Shown here: positions 16,755 to 25,365 of the stretch, in pieces
Layout of the letters: each line of letters begins with the position of its first letter
Position numbering within the stretch: the first letter of the stretch is position 1
UHGV virus genome: UHGV-2105699
Length of the DNA: 46,955 bases
Source: a virus
Direction: 5' to 3' (one strand)
Position numbers and translations under genes: made by a program
Notes under the pieces: model-generated
Told to the model about the DNA's origin: nothing
What the model saw: only the letters and a program-made list of their open reading frames with translations
Databases searched by the model: none

Positions 16755-17134
16755 GAGATATGCTTGAACTTGTCGACCAGTACCTTAGCGATGCCGGTGT
16801 TTATGATGGGTGGACTTCTCAGCTTGAGTTCTGGAACGATACCGAAGTTGGCACCGAGCGCTTTATGGTGCTGCAATCCAATGGTGGCACTAGCGTAAGT
16901 AAAGGACTCGGCGGAGATTACTATTTTTCGCTCTATGTTGTCGGCCAGCAGGGTCAGTACAACATCGAAGAGACAAAAGCAAAGGCGCTTGATATCATCG
17001 CATACATCAAAGAGCATCCAGTTGATAGTTGTATTGGCATGATTCAGTTGCAGGCGCCGCTTGGTCGCCCTACGCTTACGACAGAGCAGAGGCCGGTTTA
17101 TGAATTGTTGCTGAGGGTTGTTTTTGGTGAATAA
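16751..17134 (+). CDS. putative tail completion / terminator protein
   Basis: 127 aa; start overlaps upstream stop (ATGA); last gene before the major tail region. Confidence 0.35.
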   Translation: MRDMLELVDQYLSDAGVYDGWTSQLEFWNDTEVGTERFMVLQSNGGTSVSKGLGGDYYFSLYVVGQQGQYNIEETKAKALDIIAYIKEHPVDSCIGMIQLQAPLGRPTLTTEQRPVYELLLRVVFGE

Positions 17135-17137
17135 AAA

Positions 17138-17160
17138 AGGCCGCTGATGCGCGGCTTTTA
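17138..17160. terminator. terminator between convergent genes
   Basis: GCCGC-tgatgc-GCGGC hairpin followed by TTTTAA, preceded by AAAAAA. Confidence 0.6.
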
Positions 17161-17343
17161 ATAATCATTACTACATAATAAATAATCAATGGCATCGCCA
17201 AGAGATTCGAATCTTGCATCATATCTCCCGGCAGAATTTGCAACAATATACCACTTCCCGACCTTTGATATACCAGCAACCCTGCTATTATTTTGGTCAG
17301 CTATGCGCCAGTAATCATCGTGGATTTTTTGGATTTGTATCAT
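17158..17343 (-). CDS. possible small protein (62 aa from ATG 17343, MIQIQKIHDDYWRIADQ...)
   Basis: ORF track gives 17158..17442; internal ATG 17343 has SD GGGGAG; upstream part of the longer ORF looks non-protein-like. Confidence 0.3.
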   Translation of the reverse strand: MIQIQKIHDDYWRIADQNNSRVAGISKVGKWYIVANSAGRYDARFESLGDAIDYLLCSNDY

Positions 17344-17767
17344 TGCGCTCCCCGAAGATGGTTCCCGCGACAGGATTCGAATTATTGTTGTGGCCCTGGT
17401 GCCTCCAGGTTGCTGGTCGGTAAATCCAGCAGGCATACCCACAAAAGGAGCATATTTCTACCTTGCCACGTGCGCATAGCCGCATTACCACAACGGAAAG
17501 AGCACTCCAGGACTTACCACACGTACTTTTGCGCATAGGTCGTCACCAGTGCGGGCGTGTCCCCTGAAGCTACCTGACAATGCTCTTACCTGTTGTGTGC
17601 CCATTATTAATCACACCGGGCCAGTGCGCCGAATTCATTGACAAGGAGTCGGAAGACCTTGCTGGTGTTTGGCCGTTAGGCTACTGCCAGATACATTTCT
17701 TCGTTTGCATTTATCTTTGTGGTCAGTTTCTAAAAACCCGCAAAGTCGCTTACGAAAACTATCTGCC

Positions 17768-17812
17768 ATTTAATCTACACCACCAATCAAAACCTGTCAA
17801 CATGATATAATG
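17768..17812 (+). promoter_or_regulatory. promoter for major tail gene: motif variant TTAATCTACACCACCAATCAA (17770-17790) plus perfect extended -10 TGaTATAAT (17803-17811)
   Basis: TGATATAAT consensus extended -10; the conserved AATCTACACCAMCAATCAA block is shared with the site at 36565-36585. Confidence 0.5.
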
Positions 17813-17845
17813 CGATTGTTTAGCTAAACACAGAGGATTCTAAAC

Positions 17846-18601
17846 ATGGCTATTTGTGCAAATGATAACGGCATCATCACAGGTCGCCAGTCTCTCATTG
17901 AGCTGGCTGATGGCTGCTGGGATGCTGTGCCAGCAGAGGAAGACTGGAAGTTTTTTGCTCCCATGACCTCAAAAGGCGTCGACTTCAGTCCAAGCACCAC
18001 CACTTCAGAGGCTGATGATGGCGATGGCTTTGTCGCCACGCTGGTCACTACGGCAGACCTCACCATTTCCGGTGATTTTGAAGTTCGCAAGGCTGACAAG
18101 GCTGATGAGTATGGCGTGCATAACCTCATCAAATACTTTGTCACCGAAGTAAAAGCGCGTCGCCAGCCGTCGCTGTGGGTTCGCCAGACCACCGGTAATA
18201 CTGTTGTCGTGGCTTACTGCAACATTACCGCTCTGAGCTACGATGGCGGCACCAACGACATCATCACCGGCTCTGTTGAACTCAAGCCGTATGATGGCTC
18301 TACCGTTGACGTGTACAGCATCGAAGACCTGACGCTGACTACTGATATCAGCGCAACAAAAAGCGTTGCCACTGGCGCCACTCTGACGCTCGGCCCGGTG
18401 GTTGCGGCTGGCGGTGTAGAGCCTTATACCTACCAATGGTATAAAGGCACCACGCCGATCAGCAGTGCTAATACCAACACGTTCACCAAGGACACTGCTG
18501 CCGCAGGTGATGATGGTACGTACTTCTGCCGCGTGATGGACTCGGCAACCAGTCCTGATTACGTTGACTCTACTAAGTGTGTCGTCACCGTGACCGAATA
18601 A
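17846..18601 (+). CDS. major tail protein with C-terminal Ig-like (Big_2-type) domain
   Basis: 251 aa; SD AGAGGA; C-terminal ~80 aa (TLTLGPVVAAGGVEPYTYQWYKGTTPIS...DDGTYFCRVMD) has an Ig-like fold signature (Y.C pattern) as in lambda gpV-type tail tubes. Confidence 0.6.
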   Translation: MAICANDNGIITGRQSLIELADGCWDAVPAEEDWKFFAPMTSKGVDFSPSTTTSEADDGDGFVATLVTTADLTISGDFEVRKADKADEYGVHNLIKYFVTEVKARRQPSLWVRQTTGNTVVVAYCNITALSYDGGTNDIITGSVELKPYDGSTVDVYSIEDLTLTTDISATKSVATGATLTLGPVVAAGGVEPYTYQWYKGTTPISSANTNTFTKDTAAAGDDGTYFCRVMDSATSPDYVDSTKCVVTVTE

Positions 18602-18603
18602 AG

Positions 18604-18632
18604 AAAACCCCCGAAAGGGGGTTTATTTTTTC
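18604..18632 (+). terminator. strong rho-independent terminator after major tail gene
   Basis: AACCCCC-gaaa-GGGGGTT hairpin followed by TATTTTTT. Confidence 0.8.
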
Positions 18633-18808
18633 AGCAATGAAGATACGCGGATTCTCCACAATGACAAGTTAGCGAGCGATACCGCTAACTCCATGTGAAT
18701 CAATCTAAGTTTTTCAATATCAACAAAGACCGGGGCGTTGTATTGTTGATTGCTTCTTATGTACTTTGAAATAGTATCAGCATCATTATTATCAAGAGTC
18801 ATCATCAT
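18623..18808 (-). CDS. hypothetical protein (61 aa)
   Basis: Last ORF of the leftward HNH cassette; weak support. Confidence 0.3.
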   Translation of the reverse strand: MMMTLDNNDADTISKYIRSNQQYNAPVFVDIEKLRLIHMELAVSLANLSLWRIRVSSLLKK

Positions 18809-19097
18809 TCTCCTCTCTGATTGCAGTATACAGTTGTCGACGCAACATACACAGCGCTCCGTGTGGCATAAACTGTGAAACCATTCCGTCGAATATCTTC
18901 CGGTTTAATTTATTATCAATTCTCGGCCTGATTGCAGACCAGCATGACCTGATTGCACGATTAACCGGACGGCGGTCGAGCATTGCTATTCGCGCAGCTA
19001 GCTCAATAGTCACGATCGCGTCAAGATACTGCTCGCAGGAGTAGCGTGATTCGTCATCCTCTTCCGTGGTTTTTATGGTAGTTAAGTTTTCTTTCAT
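18792..19097 (-). CDS. hypothetical protein (101 aa)
   Basis: Overlaps HNH gene end; part of AT-rich leftward cassette. Confidence 0.4.
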   Translation of the reverse strand: MKENLTTIKTTEEDDESRYSCEQYLDAIVTIELAARIAMLDRRPVNRAIRSCWSAIRPRIDNKLNRKIFDGMVSQFMPHGALCMLRRQLYTAIREENDDDS

Positions 19098-19602
19098 ATA
19101 TCAATCTCGCCTTAACGGCATCGTCAAAGTTTACGTAGTAACCTATTGTTTTCTTTTTACCATCAATTGATATTGAAGACTTCCATTTCCCAAACCTATT
19201 AATAAAACAAACGCCACTAACGCCGCTAGTATTGTTTTTTTGCCTTGGCCTGTTTTTCATATTCTCAGACATTGACACATTTCTTAGATTTTCTATCCTA
19301 TTATTAGTCCCATCACCATCAATGTGGTCGATGTAATCAGGCCAATAACCATAATTCATAAACCATATTACCCTATGAGCTTTGTAAACCTTGCCATCTA
19401 TCCTTATGTTAATGTAAGAAGTCTGATGATCTTTGCTTTTTGACTCCCAACCAGCTTTGCTACCTTTAACCTTCCTGGCGTATCTATCAACATTCCATAC
19501 GAGATAACCATCATTATGGTATGTGAACAGTTCATTAAGCCTATCAAGCGATACGTCTGTTAACATTAAACACTCAATGCACCATCGAATACTATGTAAC
19601 AT
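19054..19602 (-). CDS. HNH homing endonuclease with AP2 domain (copy 2 of 3)
   Basis: YKAHRVIWFMNYG...IDHIDGDGTNNRIENLRNV and AP2-like SGVSGVCFINRFGKWKSSISIDGKKKTIGYYVNFDDAVKARLIYE; AT-rich codon usage relative to neighbours. Confidence 0.8.
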   Translation of the reverse strand: MLHSIRWCIECLMLTDVSLDRLNELFTYHNDGYLVWNVDRYARKVKGSKAGWESKSKDHQTSYINIRIDGKVYKAHRVIWFMNYGYWPDYIDHIDGDGTNNRIENLRNVSMSENMKNRPRQKNNTSGVSGVCFINRFGKWKSSISIDGKKKTIGYYVNFDDAVKARLIYERKLNYHKNHGRG

Positions 19603-19646
19603 ATAATACTTGGTGCGGGTTTATCTGTCATCTATTTTTCTTCTCA

Positions 19647-19775
19647 TCAAGCATCACCACAGTGCACCGCCATGTCAGTATACGGGGATCTTGATATGCA
19701 GTCGTAGTCGACCACAATCTCTGCAACACGTAAATTAATCTCAAAATCACTCATCTTGCTGTAATCAGTGCTCAT
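19647..19775 (-). CDS. possible small ORF (42 aa, MSTDYSKMSDFEINLRVAEIVVDYD...)
   Basis: ATG overlaps stop of the upstream small ORF (ATGA coupling); below ORF-track cutoff. Confidence 0.25.
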   Translation of the reverse strand: MSTDYSKMSDFEINLRVAEIVVDYDCISRSPYTDMAVHCGDA

Positions 19776-19906
19776 CTCTTATCCTCCACCACTACGCCAA
19801 TCTTATCCAGCAACAAAATCGCCTTTACGCGGGCCTCTTCATAGGTGTAGCCCTGGTCAATGTAAAGGTCGATGTAGAATCTCAAATCAGCATCAGTCTC
19901 GTTCAT
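19772..19906 (-). CDS. possible small ORF (44 aa, MNETDADLRFYIDLYIDQGYTYEEARVKAILLLDKIG...)
   Basis: SD GAGGG 7 nt upstream of ATG 19906; first gene leftward of the divergent promoter. Confidence 0.3.
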   Translation of the reverse strand: MNETDADLRFYIDLYIDQGYTYEEARVKAILLLDKIGVVVEDKR

Positions 19907-19929
19907 ATGTCAAACCCTCAATCAACTTA

Positions 19930-19980
19930 TGCTTTCAATCTACGTCAGTTTTGCGCCCCCTGTCAATGGTATAATTACGT
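19930..19980. promoter_or_regulatory. divergent promoter region: motif TCAATCTACGTCA (19935-19947); leftward TTGACA-N18-TAGATT; rightward extended -10 TGgTATAAT (19967-19975)
   Basis: TATAAT at 19970-19975 with TG at 19967-19968; minus strand reads TTGACA (19967-19962), 18-nt spacer, then TAGATT (19943-19938, the AATCTA core of the motif). Confidence 0.45.
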
Positions 19981-20003
19981 CATTGTGAAAACAGGATTTA
20001 GAC

Positions 20004-20711
20004 ATGAGACAACGCACACCGCTAACAGAAATCGGAGAGATGCGCATCTCCCTGGCTGACAAGTCTTTTTTCTTCAAACCATCATTTGCGGCGATGAATG
20101 AGCTTGGCTCACCGAAAGAGATTGTCGAGCTGTACGCTACGCTTAATGGCTATGAATACGCGGCCATACTCGGCGCCATTCAGTCAATGCCGTATGGCGC
20201 GCAGATTCAGGTGGCAAAAATCCTGTCACGTCCTGCCTATGGTAAGAAAGTGCTCAGCGCCGCCTGCCTCATCATGCAGTCTTGTTGCGATGATGATATC
20301 TCGGTGCTCATTGGGTCATGGAAGCCGACTCCGCGTGGTGTGAAGTACGTCACCGGAAGAATGCCAGTAAATGACATTATTATTATTGCTAGAAACCTGA
20401 TGGAGCATGGCATCATCGGCAAGTCTCCGCTCAAGGTTCCTCAGCGCTCGGAAAACCAAAAGCGCACAACCAGTGAGTTGAGAATGTCGGATTACATCAT
20501 CTCAGCTCGCACTCACTTCGGAATCACCCGTGAGGAAGCAGAAGACCTGACCATGACCGAGTATCAGCAGATGATAAAATCAAAATACCCGGAACCTGAA
20601 GGCATGACGCGCGAGCAGTATGATGCGTCTTATGAACGGGTCAAGCTGAATAAACAGAAACTGAAAGAGAAAGCCGCCAGAAAGGCCGCTAAAAGCAAAG
20701 GAGCAAAATAA
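20004..20711 (+). CDS. putative tail assembly chaperone (by position immediately upstream of tape measure)
   Basis: 235 aa; Lys-rich C-terminus; stop overlaps TMP start; no obvious slippery heptamer for a G-T type frameshift was seen. Confidence 0.4.
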   Translation: MRQRTPLTEIGEMRISLADKSFFFKPSFAAMNELGSPKEIVELYATLNGYEYAAILGAIQSMPYGAQIQVAKILSRPAYGKKVLSAACLIMQSCCDDDISVLIGSWKPTPRGVKYVTGRMPVNDIIIIARNLMEHGIIGKSPLKVPQRSENQKRTTSELRMSDYIISARTHFGITREEAEDLTMTEYQQMIKSKYPEPEGMTREQYDASYERVKLNKQKLKEKAARKAAKSKGAK

Positions 20712-23700
20712 TGGCAGAAGAAGTTGGCGGCATTGTCTATGAGGTTGGCATTGACACATCTCAGTTAGCAGCTGGAAGTCGTGAAATAGAGTCGATGCTA
20801 AATGACCTCAGTGGGAACATGGGGCGGCTCGAGGCCAGTGTAAACAGGACGGAGCGCTCTATAAGCTCAATGGAAGGAACCATGTCGAGCCTCACTGGTG
20901 TCGCAAAAGGCTTGCTTGCAGCACTTTCCGTGCAACAGGTTGGCGCCTACGCTCAGGCGTGGCAGGATATGAGTAACAAACTCTCTAACGCCGTGAGAGA
21001 TTCGGTTCCGCCGTTTGAAACCCTTGCCGATGTAACTAATCGTGTTTTTGATATCGCGCAGAAAACACGCTCAGGACTTGACGCAACGGCCACCTTGTAC
21101 GCCAGACTTGAGAGGTCTACCAGAAGCTATGGTGTAAGCGTGGAAGACCTGACAAGGCTGACAACAATAATCAATCAGGGTTTTGTTGTATCAGGAGCGT
21201 CAGCTGAGGAGGCGAGCAACGCAATTATACAGCTTGCACAAGGCATGGCATCTGGCGCCCTTCGAGGAGATGAGTTTAACTCAGTAAACGAGCAGGGAAA
21301 CCGGCTCATGATAGCTCTTGCCGACTCTCTGGGTGTTGGCATCGGTGAGCTTAGAAATATGGCTGCGCAAGGGAAACTGACAACTGATGTTATAGTTAAT
21401 GGCCTTCTGTCGCAGGGAGACAGTATTGGGAGAGAGTTCGCCAAAACAACTTCTACCATCAGCCAGTCTCTGGAGATAGCCGGAAATAACGTTGCAAGAT
21501 TCTTTGGGGAAAACGCAACGGTAAAAACAGGTGTAAAAATCTTTAGCGATTCAGTGATACTGGCAAGTGAAAATATTCAGGCGCTTGGCACAGCGCTGAC
21601 TGTTGTTGCTGGAATCATGGGGAGTCGATATGTAGGCGCGCTGGCAATGTCCACTGCCGCGAAAATATCAGATATAGCAGCATCAAGACAGCAATTAATA
21701 GCTGAGAACCAGCAGGCACAATCAGCACTTGTGGCTGCAAATTCCGCGCAGAGGAAGGCTTTAGCTGATAAAGAGGCGGCGCTATCATCTCTGGCGCTTG
21801 CTCAGGCTGAATATAACGTAGCAAAAGGCAGTGCAGCCGAGATGCTGGCGCTTGATGCTCTGGTTGCAGCAAAATCAAGAGCTAGTGCTGCGTCACTATC
21901 ACTTGCTCAGGCTGAAAACGCACAGGCTACGGCATCAGCGAGAGCAGCATCCGCGGCAAGCGCTGCATCGGTAGGAATTGGCCTTGCCAGAGGTGCTCTT
22001 TCATTGATAGGCGGGCCAGCAGGCGCGGCGATGTTAGCAGCGGGGGCAATATTTTACTTTTGGCAGAAAGCACAGCAAGCCAGAGAAGAAGCAATCCGCT
22101 TTGCCGATAGTCTGGACAAAGTAAACGCCTCAATGAAGGCGATGAATAATACCCAACTCAGGGGGGTGATAGCTGACGCCAATATTTCAATTTCGGCGCA
22201 AAAGGATGCCGTGAGAAATCTGCAAAGTGAAGTTGATGCACTTCGTGAGAGGTATCTTAGCTTCACTCCTGCCGCGCAAGAGGTGGCTGAGTCACTTGGT
22301 CAAGGGTCGCAATTTGCTTCTGATCAGGAAAGGGTGCTCAATGAATTAAATAAAAAATCAAGAGATTTAGCTGATGCTCAGGATAAACTAGCAAGAACTC
22401 AGGACACGGCAGCAGAAGCAAGCAGAACCCTAACAAACAACATGCTTACCTCAATGGGGGTGCATGATGGTCTGATTGAGAAAGGCTCGACTCTTGAGAG
22501 AGTGCAGGGGGCGGTGGCAAGAGCATTTGGATTGACTGCCGATGAGATAAACAGAGCAAACCAAGCCGGGCAAAACTTCAACCCCAAATCCTTGCAGGTG
22601 TCAGCCCCAACAAAAGAAGCTGATAAGATCATTCTCAGTCTTGAGGAGCAGAATCAGCTTTTAAAAATACAGGATGAAAGACAGAGGGAGGTAACAAAAG
22701 CACGACTGGAGGCCCAAAAGGTAACTGATAACCCCAATCAGATAGCCAGGGCTGCTGAACTTGCAGGACAGATATATGATTTGAATGAGGCCGAGAAAGC
22801 AAGAGAAAAAGCACAAAATAATTCTCAATTATCGGCAAAAAAAGCAGCCACAGAGCAGGAGAATATCGCCAATAAACTTGAGCAGCTTCGCCAGAAGTCA
22901 CTGCTTACCGCTGAAAGTACAAGAGAGCTTAGCCGCGAACAGTCAATACTGGCTGCTCAGCAATCACTTGGTAAGGGGGCCACTCAGGAGCAAATTAACC
23001 TTGCCGGGCAATATGCGGCTAAGGCATGGGATAACGCCAACGCGCTCAAGGCTCAGGCAGAGGCGGAGAAAAAAAGAGCAGAAGCTGTAAAAGGCTTTGC
23101 TGCATTAAAATCGCAGACATCCCCAATGTTTGCCGTTGAAACAAACTATCAAAAAGATTTAGCAGCGCTCAATGCTTACGCGGTGGCTTACCCGAAAAAG
23201 ATAGCGGAGGTTGAGCAGGCCAGAGCAGCAATTGAGGAGCAATACCGCAAGCAGCGCCTCGATGCCATGTGGCAGGAGTGGAGCCAGCAGAACGCGGCCA
23301 CACAAGCGGCCGCTGCTGCATTTGATGCTTTTGGGCAAACCGCAAGCAACGCCTTAACTGGCGTTCTGACTGGCTCAATGTCTGTTAGCGAGGCTCTACA
23401 GTCAATAGGGAGCAATGTGTTAAATGCGGTTATTAACTCTTTCGTTCAGATGGGCGTGGAGTGGCTTAAATCGGTAATCATGGGACAGGCAGGAATGGCA
23501 GCAGCATCTGCCGCAACCGCTGCTCAGGCGGCAGGAATAGCAGCAGCCATGGCACCAGCAGCAGCGATGACATCACTTGCCACGGGTGGTGCTAACGCAG
23601 TACCTGCACAGGCTGGCATTGTTTCCACCATTGGTGTTGCTAAAGCAATGTCTGTTGCCGGGGCATTAAAGAATGGTGGGCCTGCGCAGGCTGGCTCAAT

Positions 23701-24004
23701 GTATCAGGTCGGCGAGAACAACCTCCCTGAAATCTTCCAGGCCAGCAATGGCAATCAGTACATGATACCCGGGGACAACGGAAAGGTTATCAGCAATAAA
23801 GACCTTACCGGCGGCGGCAGTGGTATCATTATTTATAATAATGTCACCAATAACAGCAGCGGAGCAACGGCCTCATCAACAGCAAGAGATAATGGTGACG
23901 GCTCTGTTACAATTGAGACTATCGTTGCCGACATAGAAAATGGCGGCCCTATTTCTCAGGCTATTACCAGCAATACCACTGCAACCAGAAGGGCAACAGA
24001 ATAA
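20711..24004 (+). CDS. tail tape measure protein
   Basis: 1097 aa, long Ala/Gln/Glu-rich coiled-coil regions and Gly/Ala-rich hydrophobic C-terminal segment; SD AAAGGAG. Confidence 0.85.
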   Translation: MAEEVGGIVYEVGIDTSQLAAGSREIESMLNDLSGNMGRLEASVNRTERSISSMEGTMSSLTGVAKGLLAALSVQQVGAYAQAWQDMSNKLSNAVRDSVPPFETLADVTNRVFDIAQKTRSGLDATATLYARLERSTRSYGVSVEDLTRLTTIINQGFVVSGASAEEASNAIIQLAQGMASGALRGDEFNSVNEQGNRLMIALADSLGVGIGELRNMAAQGKLTTDVIVNGLLSQGDSIGREFAKTTSTISQSLEIAGNNVARFFGENATVKTGVKIFSDSVILASENIQALGTALTVVAGIMGSRYVGALAMSTAAKISDIAASRQQLIAENQQAQSALVAANSAQRKALADKEAALSSLALAQAEYNVAKGSAAEMLALDALVAAKSRASAASLSLAQAENAQATASARAASAASAASVGIGLARGALSLIGGPAGAAMLAAGAIFYFWQKAQQAREEAIRFADSLDKVNASMKAMNNTQLRGVIADANISISAQKDAVRNLQSEVDALRERYLSFTPAAQEVAESLGQGSQFASDQERVLNELNKKSRDLADAQDKLARTQDTAAEASRTLTNNMLTSMGVHDGLIEKGSTLERVQGAVARAFGLTADEINRANQAGQNFNPKSLQVSAPTKEADKIILSLEEQNQLLKIQDERQREVTKARLEAQKVTDNPNQIARAAELAGQIYDLNEAEKAREKAQNNSQLSAKKAATEQENIANKLEQLRQKSLLTAESTRELSREQSILAAQQSLGKGATQEQINLAGQYAAKAWDNANALKAQAEAEKKRAEAVKGFAALKSQTSPMFAVETNYQKDLAALNAYAVAYPKKIAEVEQARAAIEEQYRKQRLDAMWQEWSQQNAATQAAAAAFDAFGQTASNALTGVLTGSMSVSEALQSIGSNVLNAVINSFVQMGVEWLKSVIMGQAGMAAASAATAAQAAGIAAAMAPAAAMTSLATGGANAVPAQAGIVSTIGVAKAMSVAGALKNGGPAQAGSMYQVGENNLPEIFQASNGNQYMIPGDNGKVISNKDLTGGGSGIIIYNNVTNNSSGATASSTARDNGDGSVTIETIVADIENGGPISQAITSNTTATRRATE

Positions 24005-24474
24005 TGGCTATAGCTTACCCATCATGGCTGCCGCTTGCGCAGCGTGCCAGCAAGAACATGGCGACTCAAACACCATTCCGCAGCGATCAGCCTGCGGTTG
24101 GGGCGCCAATATTTCAAAAGTTAACGACCGATGTTGCAGTAACATGGAGTTTGACATGGGTTTTCACGCTCAGGCAGGAGCGGGCATTTATGCAGTGGTT
24201 GAGAAGCCCAAATTATCTCAACAAGTGCAATGAATGGTTCACGATGGATATCGATCTTGGTGGCAGCGGATTACAGAATCAGACTTTGCACTTTACTGAT
24301 TACCCCGTACAGACAAGTATCAATGGCGGCATCGTTACATGGACTGGAAATGTCATCTGTAAAACTCTCAATAACTCCATGGATGAATTTGATGATGTGC
24401 TTGTTGAGCTTGATGAGAGATGGTATTCATGGCTAGATGAAGTCGTTAACAGGGATTTGCCGGAGTATCCATAA
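24004..24474 (+). CDS. minor tail protein (lambda M-like position)
   Basis: 156 aa directly following TMP with overlapping stop/start. Confidence 0.5.
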   Translation: MAIAYPSWLPLAQRASKNMATQTPFRSDQPAVGAPIFQKLTTDVAVTWSLTWVFTLRQERAFMQWLRSPNYLNKCNEWFTMDIDLGGSGLQNQTLHFTDYPVQTSINGGIVTWTGNVICKTLNNSMDEFDDVLVELDERWYSWLDEVVNRDLPEYP

Positions 24475-24944
24475 TGCCAACATTGCGTGAATACCAGTCA
24501 AAAAGGCCAAACTGGAAGCTGTATGACACCATAACCTTTTATCATTCCTCATTTGGTTATGTCCGGCTAGTTGGCAACGAGTTCTCTGATGTTGTCCTTG
24601 GCGGCCAGACCTACCAGCCAGTACGCATGGATGTAACCAGAAGCCAACAATCGAACACGCCGGTAATTAATGCCACGTTAAAGTTTGCGAGACTGGCTAA
24701 TGACTTTAAGCAATATTTAAAGTTATGGTCAGGCTCTGGACGTATTGAGCCTATCACTGCTTTATACCAGCGTTTTGATGAGACTGACAAAGACGCACCA
24801 TTAAAACCATATACGCTTTATGTAAATGATGTGACGCTTGATCAGTCTGATGTAACTGTCTCCATCTCCATAAAAAACCCAATCAATGGCAACGTGGCAA
24901 AACTTTATGACATCACAGAATTCCCAGGACTGCGTACCGTTTGA
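24474..24944 (+). CDS. minor tail protein (lambda L-like position)
   Basis: 156 aa; overlapping stop/start with neighbours. Confidence 0.5.
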   Translation: MPTLREYQSKRPNWKLYDTITFYHSSFGYVRLVGNEFSDVVLGGQTYQPVRMDVTRSQQSNTPVINATLKFARLANDFKQYLKLWSGSGRIEPITALYQRFDETDKDAPLKPYTLYVNDVTLDQSDVTVSISIKNPINGNVAKLYDITEFPGLRTV

Positions 24945-25365
24945 CGATTTTGAGCGGCTGATGGCTGGAAAACCATATGTTGACAGATGCTGTCACGTTG
25001 ATGCAGTTGACTGCTGGGGTCTGGTGGTGCTTTTCTATCGCCTTTGTATGAATGTCAATGTTCATCACGATAATTCATATTCAAGTGGCGGAGATTTTGT
25101 CACTTGTTTCAATGGGGAAGTTTCATTCTGGAAAGACACAGACCGGCCAAAAATTGGCGATGTGGTGGTTGCCTATCGTGGTAGTCACCCGGTACATGTC
25201 GCGCTATGGTGGGGTCGTGATAAAATACTGCATGCGCGAGAGAAAACGGCAGTCAAGACAGACCGCCTTAAAACACTCGAAAAATTATCAACAAAATTAA
25301 GGTTCCTGACTTATGCCGGTTATTCACATTCAGAAGATGCCAGGAGTTCCAAAAGAGACGGGTAA
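24886..25365 (+). CDS. tail assembly protein, lambda K-like NlpC/P60 peptidase domain (start uncertain: 24886, 24907 or 24961)
   Basis: Cys...His NlpC/P60-type pattern [13 protein letters not shown] ... [20 protein letters not shown]. Confidence 0.6.
   Translation: MATWQNFMTSQNSQDCVPFDDFERLMAGKPYVDRCCHVDAVDCWGLVVLFYRLCMNVNVHHDNSYSSGGDFVTCFNGEVSFWKDTDRPKIGDVVVAYRGSHPVHVALWWGRDKILHAREKTAVKTDRLKTLEKLSTKLRFLTYAGYSHSEDARSSKRDG

Noticed and set aside
17370-17400. tRNA-like fragment: on the minus strand ...AATTCGAATCCTGTCGCGGGAACCA resembles a T-loop (TTCGAAT) plus acceptor stem plus discriminator and CCA
   Set aside because: No complementary 5' T-stem (ACAGG) precedes the loop and no matching 5' acceptor strand (TCCCGCG), D-arm or anticodon arm could be found upstream. 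Likely chance resemblance; also no integrase or attP in a virulent-type genome.
20098-20343. Alternate-frame ORF inside the tail assembly chaperone gene as a possible G-T style programmed frameshift product
   Set aside because: No slippery heptamer or frameshift-extension ORF reaching the 3' end of the chaperone gene; chaperone stop directly overlaps TMP start.
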